A stretch of 64,000 nt of DNA from an uncultured delta proteobacterium (lineage in GTDB: Bacteria > Myxococcota_A > UBA9160 > SZUA-336), in the NCBI GenBank assembly GCA_963704165.1, contig CAVPHD010000004.1, forward strand, positions 502,800 to 566,799, given 5' to 3'. Below are positions 20,885-30,292 of this stretch, piece after piece (the first letter of the stretch is position 1; each line of letters starts with the position of its first letter). The notes below the pieces were generated by a model that saw only the letters and a list, made by a program, of their open reading frames with translations, made no database searches and had not been told where the DNA came from. Both the position numbers and the translations under genes were made by a program.

Positions 20885-21637
20885 TTGCTGCGCGGCGAAC
20901 CTTCGCTCTGGCCCTGGGCCGCGCTTCCCCTCTTGTTGAACCTGACGGCGTTCGGGCTGGCGATCTGGGCGTTCGTCGCGAACCTCGACGGGATCGCGGC
21001 GCCGCTCGAGCGCGCGCTCGACCCCGGCGAGCCGGCGGAAGTCTGGGGTTGGATCTGGGCCGGGCCGCTGCTCGTGCTCGCGTTCCTGGCGCGATGGTTT
21101 CTGCTCGCGGTGCTCGGCGTCGCGATCTACTTCCTGTTCACGGTTCTCGGCGGCGTCGTCGCGGCCCCATTTCTCGACGTGCTCTCCGAACGGGTCGAGC
21201 AGATCGTGACGGGTGCGTCTCCGCGCGCGGACTCCACGCTCGCGGATTTCGTTCGCGGCGCGCTCCGCAGCATCGTCGAGGAGGGCAAGCGCGCGGCGTT
21301 CTTCCTGTCGGTGCAGCTCGGGATCCTGCTCTTCGGCCTGATTCCCGGTGTTCAGCCGATCGCCGCTCTCGCGAGTCTCGGCTTCACGTCGCTCTTCCTG
21401 CCACTGGATTACACCGCCTACGCGTTGGATCGGCGCCGAGTCCCGTTCCGGCTGCGGAGGCGATGGATCTTCGGTCACGCGCCCGAGATGCTCGGCTTCG
21501 GTGGTTTCGGAGTCGTGCTCTTCTTCGTGCCCGGCCTCTCGTTCCTCTGCCTGCCGTGGCTCGTGACCTCGGGCACGTTGCTCGCGCTCGACCTCGGCCC
21601 GCCGGACGGGCGAACGGCCGTCACGCCGGGCGAGTGA
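20885..21637 (+). CDS. EI24/CysZ-family (DUF540) membrane protein
   Basis: 250-aa polytopic membrane protein; general resemblance to the CysZ/EI24 family (4 TM, conserved Pro/Gly pattern). Confidence 0.55.
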   Translation: MLRGEPSLWPWAALPLLLNLTAFGLAIWAFVANLDGIAAPLERALDPGEPAEVWGWIWAGPLLVLAFLARWFLLAVLGVAIYFLFTVLGGVVAAPFLDVLSERVEQIVTGASPRADSTLADFVRGALRSIVEEGKRAAFFLSVQLGILLFGLIPGVQPIAALASLGFTSLFLPLDYTAYALDRRRVPFRLRRRWIFGHAPEMLGFGGFGVVLFFVPGLSFLCLPWLVTSGTLLALDLGPPDGRTAVTPGE

Positions 21638-22190
21638 CGCGGTCGGCGATCTTCCGGAACCAGATCGCCTTTGGATTCGCGCTGGCTTCGAACTCGAGCC
21701 GGGCGACCCCGTTCGGGGCCGCGGCGAAGGCGCGTGCGAGCTTGGCGCCCAGACCGACACCGACGAATGTCACCCGCGTCTCGTCGAGCGCCGGGTCGGT
21801 GGCGACGAGCCCGAGCAGTTGCGCGAGGTCGGCCGCGACCTGCGCTTCGATCTCCGGTCGGAGCCGCTTGGCGAGCGCGGTCGTCGTGCCGAGCGCGAGC
21901 GCCGAGAGCTTGTCGCTCTTGCGCGCACCACAGAGCGGCAGGTCGAACGTCACGAGCGCCGCGTGCGCGCACCAGGCCGAAGCGGCGCTTTCGACGAAGG
22001 CGGAGCTCGCGCAGCCATCGGGTCCGGCGAGCAGGATCACCGGGTGGGGACCGCGGCCCGTCGGTCGAACGGTGCACCCGTGCACGCGGTCGCCCCGCGA
22101 GAGCAGACTCCACGCCGTCCTCGCGCCGTCGCGGCGCAGCGCGAGCCCGGGAACGCCCGCGATCGACTTCGACTCGGTCGAGCGGCGCAT
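21621..22190 (-). CDS. small alpha/beta-hydrolase-fold protein (dienelactone-hydrolase-like), third gene of the ParA-CBM48 operon
   Basis: Lower part of ORF 21621..22712: MRRSTESKSIAGVPGL...PHPVILLAGPDGCASSAFVE...VGVGLGAKLA (GxGxG-like nucleophile elbow). ATG overlaps the stop of the upstream ORF. Confidence 0.55.
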   Translation of the reverse strand: MRRSTESKSIAGVPGLALRRDGARTAWSLLSRGDRVHGCTVRPTGRGPHPVILLAGPDGCASSAFVESAASAWCAHAALVTFDLPLCGARKSDKLSALALGTTTALAKRLRPEIEAQVAADLAQLLGLVATDPALDETRVTFVGVGLGAKLARAFAAAPNGVARLEFEASANPKAIWFRKIADRVTRPA

Positions 22191-22932
22191 CAGGCGGCGA
22201 GCCGCTGGCCGAGCCGCTGACAGAGCGCTCGCAGATCCCGGGCCGTCGCGCTCCCGGCTTCGAGCGCGTGCAGCGATTCGCCCCGGAGCAGCAGGCGATA
22301 GCTCGCGGCGTCGCGGGTGAGCCCGCCGAGGAGCTCGATCTCGACCCCGTACTGGCGGCGCGACGCCGCGGCGAGTCGCCCGATCAGCTCCGCAGCAGCC
22401 GCCGGTGAATCGGAGCCGACGACCAGAGCGAGTACGCGCCGGTTCGTGAGCGCCGGAGCGTACTCGCGCAGGAATCCGAGCGTCTTGCCGAGACCCCAGG
22501 GCGCGAGCTCGACCGGAAGCAGCACCGCGTCGAGGCCGTCGGTGGGGATCCGGCCGAGCATCGCCCCAAGCCGTGCCGGACTCTCGATCGCGATCGCCGG
22601 CACGTCGTCTGGAACCGCGGCGAGCGCTTCGGCCGGATCCTCGCTGATCTGCCACACGACGCCGGGGACGCGCGGCAGCAGGGGAGACGCAGGGAACGAG
22701 CTGATGACGCACGCGCCGTGGGCCTCGGCGATCATGCCGCCGGCGAGCTCGAGCGCGAGCGAACAGGTCAGGGGCCGATCGGGATCCGCGGGCAGGCCGT
22801 AACGGGCCGCGCGCGACGCCGAAGCCGAACGGGGGCGCTCGCGTGCATCTGCCGCCTCGCGAGCCTCTCTCTGCTCCTCCTCGGAGATGAAGTAATGAAG
22901 GACGTCTCCGAGGTTCCTGCGCGCCAAAGCCG
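22190..22932 (-). CDS. hypothetical protein, putative partner/adaptor of the ParA-CBM48 ATPase
   Basis: ORF 22190..23020(-). The frame is continuous from just after the ParA stop (possible TTG/other start near 22930, or ATG at 22732). No recognisable Walker A. Coupled downstream to the hydrolase gene. Confidence 0.4.
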
Positions 22933-22941
22933 GCTCTCGTG

Positions 22942-24039
22942 CTAGCTGATGATGAGCACCGAGTTTACCCCGCCCGCGGGGCCTTCGACGCGACGGGGAT
23001 TGCTCGGGTCCGGCTGCCATTCACCATCGACGAAGTAGCGGTACTGATACACGCCCGGTCCCAGACGCACGACCTTCTCCCAGGTGCCCTTCGGGCCCAG
23101 CCTCGTCTCGACGCCCTGGTCGGGGATCCAGTTGTTGAAGTCGCCCGCGAGCTGGACCTCGCGCACGTTCGGGTTCTTGAACGTGAAGACCACGCCCTTG
23201 GCGGAGGCCGACGCGACCTCGATCGGATCGGGCTGCGGAGCCTTGGGTTTGGCGGGCAGCTGCTCCTCTTCGCGGTCGTACAGGACTTCGAGAGCGAGCG
23301 ACATGTAGTCGACGAATCCGTACGAGCGGCGGTCGAGCTTCGCGATCGGAATCCCGCGCTGCGCCGCTTCGCGCAGGCGCACGTTCGAGCGGATCACCGT
23401 GTCGAAGACGAGGTCCTTGTAGGTCTCGCGGATCTCCGCCAGCGCTCGCTTCGCGAATCGCGTGCGGCCGTCGAAGAGCGTCGGCAGGATGCGGATCTTC
23501 AGCGAGTGGCCGATCCGATCCTCGAGCAGGCCGATCGTCTCGAGCAGCTTGCTCACGCCGTGCATCGAGAAGTAGCTCGTCTCGAGCGGGATGATGACTT
23601 CCTGCGCGGCGCGCAGCGCGTTGAACGTCAGGATCCCGACGTTGGGCGGGCAGTCGATCAGGATGAAGTCGTACTGCTTCTCGAGCTTCGCGATCGCCGC
23701 GGCGAGTCGCTCCGTGCGACCCCTCGCTCCCTCGGCGCCGAGCTTCTGCTCGAGCGCGGAGAGGATCACGCCGGACGGAGCGACGTCGAGGTTCTGCGAG
23801 GCGTTGGTGATCACCTCGTCGAGCTTCGCACCGGCGCCATCCGGTTCCGCCAGCACTTCGTAGAGGTTCTCGTCGACTTCTTCGGGATCGATGCCGAGGC
23901 CGAGCGTGGCGTGCGCCTGCGGATCCATGTCGACCACGAGCACCGCATGACCCTCGGCGGCGAGACATCCCGCGAGACTCACGACGGAGGTGGTCTTGCC
24001 GCAACCACCTTTCTGATTCATGACCGCGATGCAGCGCAT
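22942..24039 (-). CDS. ParA/MinD-family ATPase fused to a C-terminal CBM48 / AMPK-beta-type glycogen-binding domain
   Basis: N-terminus MRCIAVMNQKGGCGKTTSVVSLAG... (deviant Walker A KGGxGKT, Walker B FILIDCPP). C-terminal about 90 aa VVFTFKNPNVREVQLAGDFNNWIPDQG...GVYQYRYFVDGEWQPDPSNPR...GVNSVLI matches the AMPK-beta GBD/CBM48 fold signature. Confidence 0.85.
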   Translation of the reverse strand: MRCIAVMNQKGGCGKTTSVVSLAGCLAAEGHAVLVVDMDPQAHATLGLGIDPEEVDENLYEVLAEPDGAGAKLDEVITNASQNLDVAPSGVILSALEQKLGAEGARGRTERLAAAIAKLEKQYDFILIDCPPNVGILTFNALRAAQEVIIPLETSYFSMHGVSKLLETIGLLEDRIGHSLKIRILPTLFDGRTRFAKRALAEIRETYKDLVFDTVIRSNVRLREAAQRGIPIAKLDRRSYGFVDYMSLALEVLYDREEEQLPAKPKAPQPDPIEVASASAKGVVFTFKNPNVREVQLAGDFNNWIPDQGVETRLGPKGTWEKVVRLGPGVYQYRYFVDGEWQPDPSNPRRVEGPAGGVNSVLIIS

Positions 24040-24241
24040 GCCTGTCCCTCCCCTTTACGAGACAGAGATCCGAACGGGGGCGTGCAACGGCAAGCGAATG
24101 AGCGACAACGGAAGGGGCGGCCTAGCATCCCGCGGATCACGCGTGGATGCTCCGCTCGATTCCGACGAGGCAGATCGCAAGATCTCCCTCAACTCTCCAC
24201 CCCCATTCGAACCGAACGAAACGTAGCAGCAGGAGAATCCG

Positions 24242-25201
24242 ATGGCCAACTCCGGACAGCCACACCGGACGAGAATCGGGGTGCTCGACCTGGGCTCGAA
24301 CACCGTCTTGCTGCTCGTAGCCGATGCCGAGGGCAACGTGATCCGCGACACCGCGCGAATCACGCGTCTCGGCCAGGGAGTCTTCACGAGTTCGGCGCTC
24401 GCGCCCGACGCGATCTCGCGCACACGTGCAGCGATCGCGGAGCTATCAGCGCTGGCTCGCGCGGACGGCGTCGAACGCCTGATCGCCGTCGGCACCGAGG
24501 CGCTTCGCTGCGCACGCGACGGCGCAGACTTCCTTGCGGGGCTGGTGAGCGATGGTGTCGTGGATGCTGCGAGCGTTCTCTCCGGTGAGCAGGAAGCCGA
24601 GGTCGCCGTCGAGGCGACGCGGCAGCGGATCGGCGCGCGGGCCGAATCGCTGGCCGTGATCGACGTGGGCGGTGGCAGTACGGAGATCGCCTGGCGCGCG
24701 CGCGCGGATTCGCCGATCGAGGGGGTCTCGCTACCGCTCGGGAGCGTGCGCCTGACCGAGGCGATGCTGCCGCGTCATCCGGTTCCGGAGTCCGATCTCG
24801 ATCTCGTCCGCGCCGAGGTACGGCGCGCGACGGAGCCGCTCGCACGCGCTCTGCCGAGCGGCCTGCCCGTGGGCGCGGCCGTGGTCGCGGTCGCGGGTAC
24901 CGCAACCACGCTCGCCGCGCTCGATCTCGGGCTCGAGCCCTATGACGAAGCGCGGATCGAGGGACTCGAGCTCGACGCGGAGACGCTCGCCACGTGGATC
25001 GAGCGGTTGGCACGGCTCGGTGTCGCCGAGCGCAAGCGACTTCCGGGTCTCGAGGCCGGGCGTGCGGACGTCATCGTCGCCGGCCTGCTCGCGCTCGCCG
25101 GCGTTCTCGAGCGACTTCGCGCGCGGCGCTTTGCGGTGTCGGGCCGGGGTGTACGGCACGGCGTCGCGCTCCGCGTGCTCGCTGGCGAGATGGTCATTTG
25201 A
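24242..25201 (+). CDS. Ppx/GppA-family phosphatase (exopolyphosphatase / pppGpp phosphohydrolase), short single-module form
   Basis: 319 aa: IGVLDLGSNTVLLLVAD..., with actin-like ATPase fold motifs of Ppx/GppA (DVGGGSTE). Lacks the C-terminal HD-like extension of the long Ppx. Confidence 0.85.
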   Translation: MANSGQPHRTRIGVLDLGSNTVLLLVADAEGNVIRDTARITRLGQGVFTSSALAPDAISRTRAAIAELSALARADGVERLIAVGTEALRCARDGADFLAGLVSDGVVDAASVLSGEQEAEVAVEATRQRIGARAESLAVIDVGGGSTEIAWRARADSPIEGVSLPLGSVRLTEAMLPRHPVPESDLDLVRAEVRRATEPLARALPSGLPVGAAVVAVAGTATTLAALDLGLEPYDEARIEGLELDAETLATWIERLARLGVAERKRLPGLEAGRADVIVAGLLALAGVLERLRARRFAVSGRGVRHGVALRVLAGEMVI

Positions 25202-25217
25202 TAACGTCCATCGGTCT

Positions 25218-26363
25218 GTGGAACAGACCATCCTCGTCGTCGTCGGTCCGGACGGGCCGCGTCCGTTCATGCGCGGGATCCTGGTGCAATCGCTCGTCTC
25301 ACGCGGCGTGCCATTCGATGTCGCGCTGGAGACCGCGACCGCGATTCGCGACCGCATCGCGGCCAAGCAACAGGTACTCGTCGCCGAGCTCTCGAGCCTC
25401 GTCGACGAGTTGCTCGACGATCGATACGACCTCGACGCGCCCGTCATTGCCGCCATCGCCGAGCCTCCGCGCGTGCTCGAGGAGACGGGATCCGGCAGCC
25501 CGTTCTCGAAGGGGATCCTCGCGGTCTCCCTGATGGGCGCGGGGCTCGAGCCGGATGTCGCGCAGGACGCGGCGCGCGAGATCGAGGCGCGACTTCTTCG
25601 CCAGGGTGTGGCGAACATCGACCGCACGAAGCTCCGCGACCTGGTCGCCGAAACGCTCGAGCGCACGCACGGGGAAGGCCCCGCGAGCCGCTACCGGATC
25701 TGGCGCGCCGCGCGCGACGACGGAAAGCCGAGTCTGGTGCTCCTCGGAGGCGCCACGGGCACGGGCAAGACGTCGATCGCGATCGAGGTCGCGCGACGGC
25801 TCGAGATTCCGCGCGTGATCGGCACCGACTCGATACGTCAGATCATGCGCCTGATGTTCTCTCCGGACCTGATGCCGGAAATCCACTCCTCGACCTTCGA
25901 TGCGCACATCGGAATGCCGCACACGGTCGCGCCCACCGGCGAGCCCGTCGTCGTCGGATTCCGCGAACAGGCACAGAAGATCGCGGTTGGCGTGCACGCG
26001 CTCTTCGATCGAGCCGTCGAGGAGAACACGAGCATGCTGATCGAGGGTGCGAATCTGGTTCCCGGCATGCTCGATCTCGCCCGCTATCGCGAACGCGCCC
26101 ACGTTTCGTTCATCATGACCGGAACGCTCGATCGCGAGGCCTATCGCAGCCGGTTCACTTCTCGCGCTGCCAAGGCGCGCGGCCGTTCGGCCGATCGGTA
26201 CCTGGAGCACTTCGAAGACATCTTGATGATCCAGAACTACCTGCTCGCCGAGGCGGAGCGCCACGAGTTGCCGATCATCGACAATCGGCACTTCGACACC
26301 GCCGTCGTCGCGGTGATCCGATCCGTGATCGCGACCCTGCCGGCCTTGCGACCACAGGCGTAG
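25218..26363 (+). CDS. ATP-cone domain + 2-phosphoglycerate-kinase-like P-loop kinase
   Basis: In-frame part of ORF 24942..26363 after the Ppx stop. ATP-cone-like N-terminus (ILVVVGPDGPRPFMRGILVQSLVSRGVPFDVALETATAIRDRIA). P-loop LLGGATGTGKTSIAIEVARRLEIPRVIGTDSIRQIMR typical of the 2PGK family. Confidence 0.65.
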   Translation: MEQTILVVVGPDGPRPFMRGILVQSLVSRGVPFDVALETATAIRDRIAAKQQVLVAELSSLVDELLDDRYDLDAPVIAAIAEPPRVLEETGSGSPFSKGILAVSLMGAGLEPDVAQDAAREIEARLLRQGVANIDRTKLRDLVAETLERTHGEGPASRYRIWRAARDDGKPSLVLLGGATGTGKTSIAIEVARRLEIPRVIGTDSIRQIMRLMFSPDLMPEIHSSTFDAHIGMPHTVAPTGEPVVVGFREQAQKIAVGVHALFDRAVEENTSMLIEGANLVPGMLDLARYRERAHVSFIMTGTLDREAYRSRFTSRAAKARGRSADRYLEHFEDILMIQNYLLAEAERHELPIIDNRHFDTAVVAVIRSVIATLPALRPQA

Positions 26364-26374
26364 AAGGAGGAAGC

Positions 26375-27223
26375 GTGCCACGAGTGGGAATGCGGCTCTG
26401 GCTCTGCGCGTTCGCGCTCGCGCTCTCCGCCTGCGGGACGCTCAGCGTCCAGGAGGAGAAGCAGATGGGCGCGCAGGCTCAGGCGCAGCTGCGCAAGCAG
26501 CTCACCTTCGTGCGCGATCCCGTCACGGTGAACTACGTGCGGAAATTCGGCGAGAGCCTCGCGGCGGCGGCACGTCCCTCGCCGTTCGAGTTCCGCTTCT
26601 ACGTGGTCGAGGACGAGACGCTGAACGCCTTCGCGATCCCCGGCGGCGCGATGTACGTGAACACCGGGCTGATCCTGGCCGTGGAGAATTCGGCCGAGCT
26701 CGCGGGCGTGCTCTCGCACGAGATGGGGCACGTCACCGCACGCCACGTCGCGCAGATGGCGAACCGCAGCCGCAACACGGGCTTCGTCGCGAACATCTTC
26801 TACATGCTGGTCGCGATCCTCACCGGAAATCCGTATCTCGCGAACGCGGGTGGACTCGCGGGCTCCGTCGCGGGTCAGGCGTACATCAACACCTACACAC
26901 GCGATGCCGAACGCGAGTCGGACGCGCTCGCGGTCGAGACGATGGTGCACGCGGGGTGGAATCCCGAGGCCCTCGTCACGATGTTCGAGACGCTCAAGAA
27001 GGAGTCCGGCGGCTTCAGCGGTCCGCAGTTCCTCTCGAGTCACCCGGCCACGGACGAGCGCATTCAGAACGTCCAGCGTGACATCGCGAAGTATCCAGGC
27101 TCCGACAAGCTGAGGCTCGACGACGGGAAGCTTCCGATCATCCAGGAACGCCTGCGCCTGATCGTCGGCACCGACCGGGAAAAGCCCGCCGACGACGAAG
27201 AGGGTGAAACGGACGACGAGTAG
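26375..27223 (+). CDS. M48-family zinc metalloprotease lipoprotein (BepA/LoiP-like)
   Basis: Lipobox LALSAC; HEMGHV zinc motif with downstream Glu ligand; 282 aa. Confidence 0.85.
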   Translation: MPRVGMRLWLCAFALALSACGTLSVQEEKQMGAQAQAQLRKQLTFVRDPVTVNYVRKFGESLAAAARPSPFEFRFYVVEDETLNAFAIPGGAMYVNTGLILAVENSAELAGVLSHEMGHVTARHVAQMANRSRNTGFVANIFYMLVAILTGNPYLANAGGLAGSVAGQAYINTYTRDAERESDALAVETMVHAGWNPEALVTMFETLKKESGGFSGPQFLSSHPATDERIQNVQRDIAKYPGSDKLRLDDGKLPIIQERLRLIVGTDREKPADDEEGETDDE

Positions 27224-27278
27224 TGTTCCGGCGTACAATTGGATCGCTGCACGGGACTGCAGCCGGAGGCGCGAGAGA

Positions 27279-28673
27279 GTGGGACGACCTGGACGGCTCG
27301 GCGAGCTCAAGGCGTCGGGCTACCGATCGCGCAGCGTGCGCGAGGAACTGCGCGCGAACCTGATCGCGCGGATTCGCAAAGGACAGCCGCTCTTCCCGGA
27401 CATGATCGGGTACGCGACCTCGGTCGTGCCCGCGATCGAGAGCGCGATCCTCGCCGGCCACGACATGATCTATCTCGGCGAGCGCGGGCAGGGCAAGAGC
27501 AAGATGATCCGCAAGCTCGTCGAGCTGCTCGACGACGTCGTACCGATCATCGCGGGCAGCGAGGTCAACGACGATCCGCTCGCGCCGATCAGCCGCTACG
27601 GACGCGATCGGATCGAGAAGGAAGGCGACGCGACGCCGATCGAATGGATCGAGCGCGAAGCCCGCTACGGCGAGAAGCTCGCCACTCCCGACGTCTCGAT
27701 CGCCGACCTGATCGGCGAGATCGACCCGATCCGCGTCGCCGAAGGCCGCTACCTCGCAGACGAATCCACGATCCACTACGGGCTGATTCCGCGCACCAAT
27801 CGCGGGGTCTTCTGCATCAACGAGCTGCCCGATCTGGCGGAGAAGGTTCAGGTGGGGCTCTTCAACGTGATGGAGGAGCGCGACTTCCAGGTGAAGGGAT
27901 TCAAGGTGCGGCTGCCGCTCGACGTGCTCGTGGTCGCGAGCGCGAATCCCGAGGACTACACGCGACGGGGTCGCATCATCACCCCGCTCAAGGACCGCTA
28001 TCAGGCGCAGATCCGCACGCACTACCCGCCCACGCGCGAGCTCGAGATCGAGGTGATGAAGCAGGAGCGGCGCAAGCCGCTCACCGAGGCCGTGCCGCTT
28101 TGGACACCCGGCTTCCTCGAGCAGATCGTCGCCGAGCTCACCATCCAGGCGCGCCAGAGCGTCGACATCAGCCAGGTTTCCGGCGTGTCGGTGCGCGCTT
28201 CGATCGCGAACTACGAGACGCTGCTCGCCGCCGCGGAACGCCGCGCGCTCAGGCTCGGCGAGGACGAGGCGGTTCCGCGCCTCACCGATCTGCCCGGGCT
28301 TCGCGCATCGATGGGCGGCAAGGTCGAGCTCGAGTACGCCGGCACCGACAAGACCGAGTCCGAGATCCTGGAAAACCTGGTGCGCCGCGCGGTGCTCGAG
28401 GTCTTCACCGAGATGTGTTCCTCGTTCGATCTCGATGCGGTCGTGCGCGCGTTCGACGACGGTTGGAAGGTCGAGGTCGGCGACGAGCTGCCGGCGAGCG
28501 AGTACGCCGAAGGTCTCGACAACATCGCGGGCCTGCGCAAGGCGGTCGAAGAGCTCGGCTGCGGACAGAGCCCGGCGCGGATCGCGGCCGCGGTCGAGTT
28601 CGTCCTCGAGGGCCTGCACCTCGCGAATCGGCTCAATCGCGAGATCTCGGGCGACCGCGTCGTCTACGGATAG
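27279..28673 (+). CDS. BchI/ChlI-like AAA+ ATPase (MoxR/Mg-chelatase-I-like)
   Basis: In ORF 27204..28673: Walker A GERGQGKSKM, Walker B/sensor VFCINELPDLAEKVQVGLFNVMEERDF...VVASANPEDY. Probable GTG start at 27279. Confidence 0.75.
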   Translation: MGRPGRLGELKASGYRSRSVREELRANLIARIRKGQPLFPDMIGYATSVVPAIESAILAGHDMIYLGERGQGKSKMIRKLVELLDDVVPIIAGSEVNDDPLAPISRYGRDRIEKEGDATPIEWIEREARYGEKLATPDVSIADLIGEIDPIRVAEGRYLADESTIHYGLIPRTNRGVFCINELPDLAEKVQVGLFNVMEERDFQVKGFKVRLPLDVLVVASANPEDYTRRGRIITPLKDRYQAQIRTHYPPTRELEIEVMKQERRKPLTEAVPLWTPGFLEQIVAELTIQARQSVDISQVSGVSVRASIANYETLLAAAERRALRLGEDEAVPRLTDLPGLRASMGGKVELEYAGTDKTESEILENLVRRAVLEVFTEMCSSFDLDAVVRAFDDGWKVEVGDELPASEYAEGLDNIAGLRKAVEELGCGQSPARIAAAVEFVLEGLHLANRLNREISGDRVVYG

Positions 28674-28675
28674 CG

Positions 28676-30292
28676 ATGCCGGTGCTGCGCTACAGCCGCT
28701 GGGACGGCACGCAGCGGCCGTTCTCGCTCGCCGCGGAGGCCGCGCTCGACGAGCTGGCGCGCCACCTGATGGAGGGCATGAGCGTCGACGAGGCGCTCTC
28801 CTGGATGCGCTATCAGGGCTTCGAGCTCGCCGGTCAGGACTTCCGCGTGATGGGCGTCGAAGAGCTGCTTCAGCAGCTCCGGCAGAGGGCGCGCGAGCTG
28901 ATGTCCGGCCGGAACATGGATCACGTCTTCGACGAGCGCTGGGCGCGACTGCAGGACGCGCTCGACCGCGAGCAGTCGGCGCTGCGCGGGCGACACGGAG
29001 ATGAGTCGCAGCGCCTGAACGAGTTCCGCGACCGGCGCGAGCCGCTGCCCAGGCGCCTGTCCGAGGCCCTGCGCCGCTTCGAGAGCCACGAGTGGGAGGA
29101 CGGAGACGCCGAGGCCGACTACCGCGAGCTGCTCGAGGAGCAGAACGAGATCCGCGCGCTCGAGGATTTCCAGGCGCGGAACCGTCAGCAGCTCCGCGGC
29201 GGGCAGAGCTTGAGCTTCGAGGAGGCGCTCGAGCTGATGCGGCAGGTCGAGCAGCTCGGTCAGATGGCCCGCAATCTCCTCGAGGGGAATTTCGAGTCGA
29301 TCTCGCTCGACGACCTGCGCGAGCTCGCGGGCGAAGAGGGCGTCGAGTCGCTCCTGATCCTGCGCGACCTGCGCGGACGTCTCGATCAGGCGGGCTACGT
29401 TCGCGACGGTTCGGGCGGGCTCGAGCTCACGCCGCGTGCGATCCGGCGCATCGGCGAGCTCGCGCTCGAGGACATCTACGGTGCGCTCAAGCGCGGCGCG
29501 CCCGGAGCACATGCGACCCTGCACCGCGGCGGTGGCGCGATCACGATCGAACGCAGCCGGCCGTACGTCTTCGGCGAGCCCGCGCACATCAACGCCGTGG
29601 CCACGGTGCGCAACGCGCTGCTTCGCGACCCCGCGCACGCGAGCGTGCCCGTCGCGATCGAACCTCAGGATCTCGAAGTCTGGGACACGGATCAACAGAC
29701 CGACACGACGACGGTGCTCCTGCTCGACATGAGCTGGTCGATGTCGTGGTCGGGCCGCTGGCCGGCGGCCAAGCGCGTCGCGATCGCGATGGACCAACTG
29801 ATCCGGACACGGTACCCACGCGACCGATTCTTCACCGTCGGCTTCTACACGCGCGCCCGCGAGCTGCGGATTCCCGAGCTGCCCGAGCTGGTCTGGAACA
29901 TGGAGGACCCGTTCACGAACCTGCAGGACGGGCTTCGCGTCGCGCAGCGCCTGATCGATCGACATCCGTCGGCGAACAAGCAGATCATCGTGATCACCGA
30001 CGGCCAGCCGACCGCCTACTTCGTCGGCGAGGAGCTGCGCGTCGAATGGCCGAGTGGCGTGGGCGGTACGAGTCCGCGCGCGAACAAGGAGACGCTCGGC
30101 GAAGTCTCGCGCGTCACGCGCAAGGGCATCACGATCAACACGTTCATGCTCGACGACGCGCCGGAGCTGATGCACTTCGTCGAGGCGATGACCCGGATCA
30201 ACAAGGGTCGTGCCTTCTACACCACGCCGGGTCAGATCGGCGAGTACGTGATGGTCGACTACCTGTCGCGGAAACGCCGGAAGATCCGCTGA
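28676..30292 (+). CDS. von Willebrand factor A (VWA) domain protein, partner of the upstream AAA+ ATPase
   Basis: ATG at 28676 (frame of ORF 27239..30292). C-terminal VWA with MIDAS DMSWSMSWSG ... ITDGQPT; long coiled-coil/acidic N-terminal region. Confidence 0.8.
   Translation: MPVLRYSRWDGTQRPFSLAAEAALDELARHLMEGMSVDEALSWMRYQGFELAGQDFRVMGVEELLQQLRQRARELMSGRNMDHVFDERWARLQDALDREQSALRGRHGDESQRLNEFRDRREPLPRRLSEALRRFESHEWEDGDAEADYRELLEEQNEIRALEDFQARNRQQLRGGQSLSFEEALELMRQVEQLGQMARNLLEGNFESISLDDLRELAGEEGVESLLILRDLRGRLDQAGYVRDGSGGLELTPRAIRRIGELALEDIYGALKRGAPGAHATLHRGGGAITIERSRPYVFGEPAHINAVATVRNALLRDPAHASVPVAIEPQDLEVWDTDQQTDTTTVLLLDMSWSMSWSGRWPAAKRVAIAMDQLIRTRYPRDRFFTVGFYTRARELRIPELPELVWNMEDPFTNLQDGLRVAQRLIDRHPSANKQIIVITDGQPTAYFVGEELRVEWPSGVGGTSPRANKETLGEVSRVTRKGITINTFMLDDAPELMHFVEAMTRINKGRAFYTTPGQIGEYVMVDYLSRKRRKIR

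Noticed and set aside
24040-24241. 200-bp intergenic region upstream of Ppx containing an imperfect hairpin (AGCATCC-N14-GGATGCT), considered as a possible small RNA or tRNA
   Set aside because: No tRNA-like cloverleaf, no terminator, and moderate GC. It is most simply the divergent promoter region for the ParA-CBM48 operon and ppx. The hairpin is short and unremarkable.
27279-30292. BchI-like ATPase + VWA protein as magnesium/cobalt chelatase subunits
   Set aside because: No H/CobN-type large subunit is present. The VWA protein lacks the N-terminal AAA module of BchD. The context (SppA, M48 protease, trmB, rlmN) is housekeeping rather than tetrapyrrole biosynthesis.
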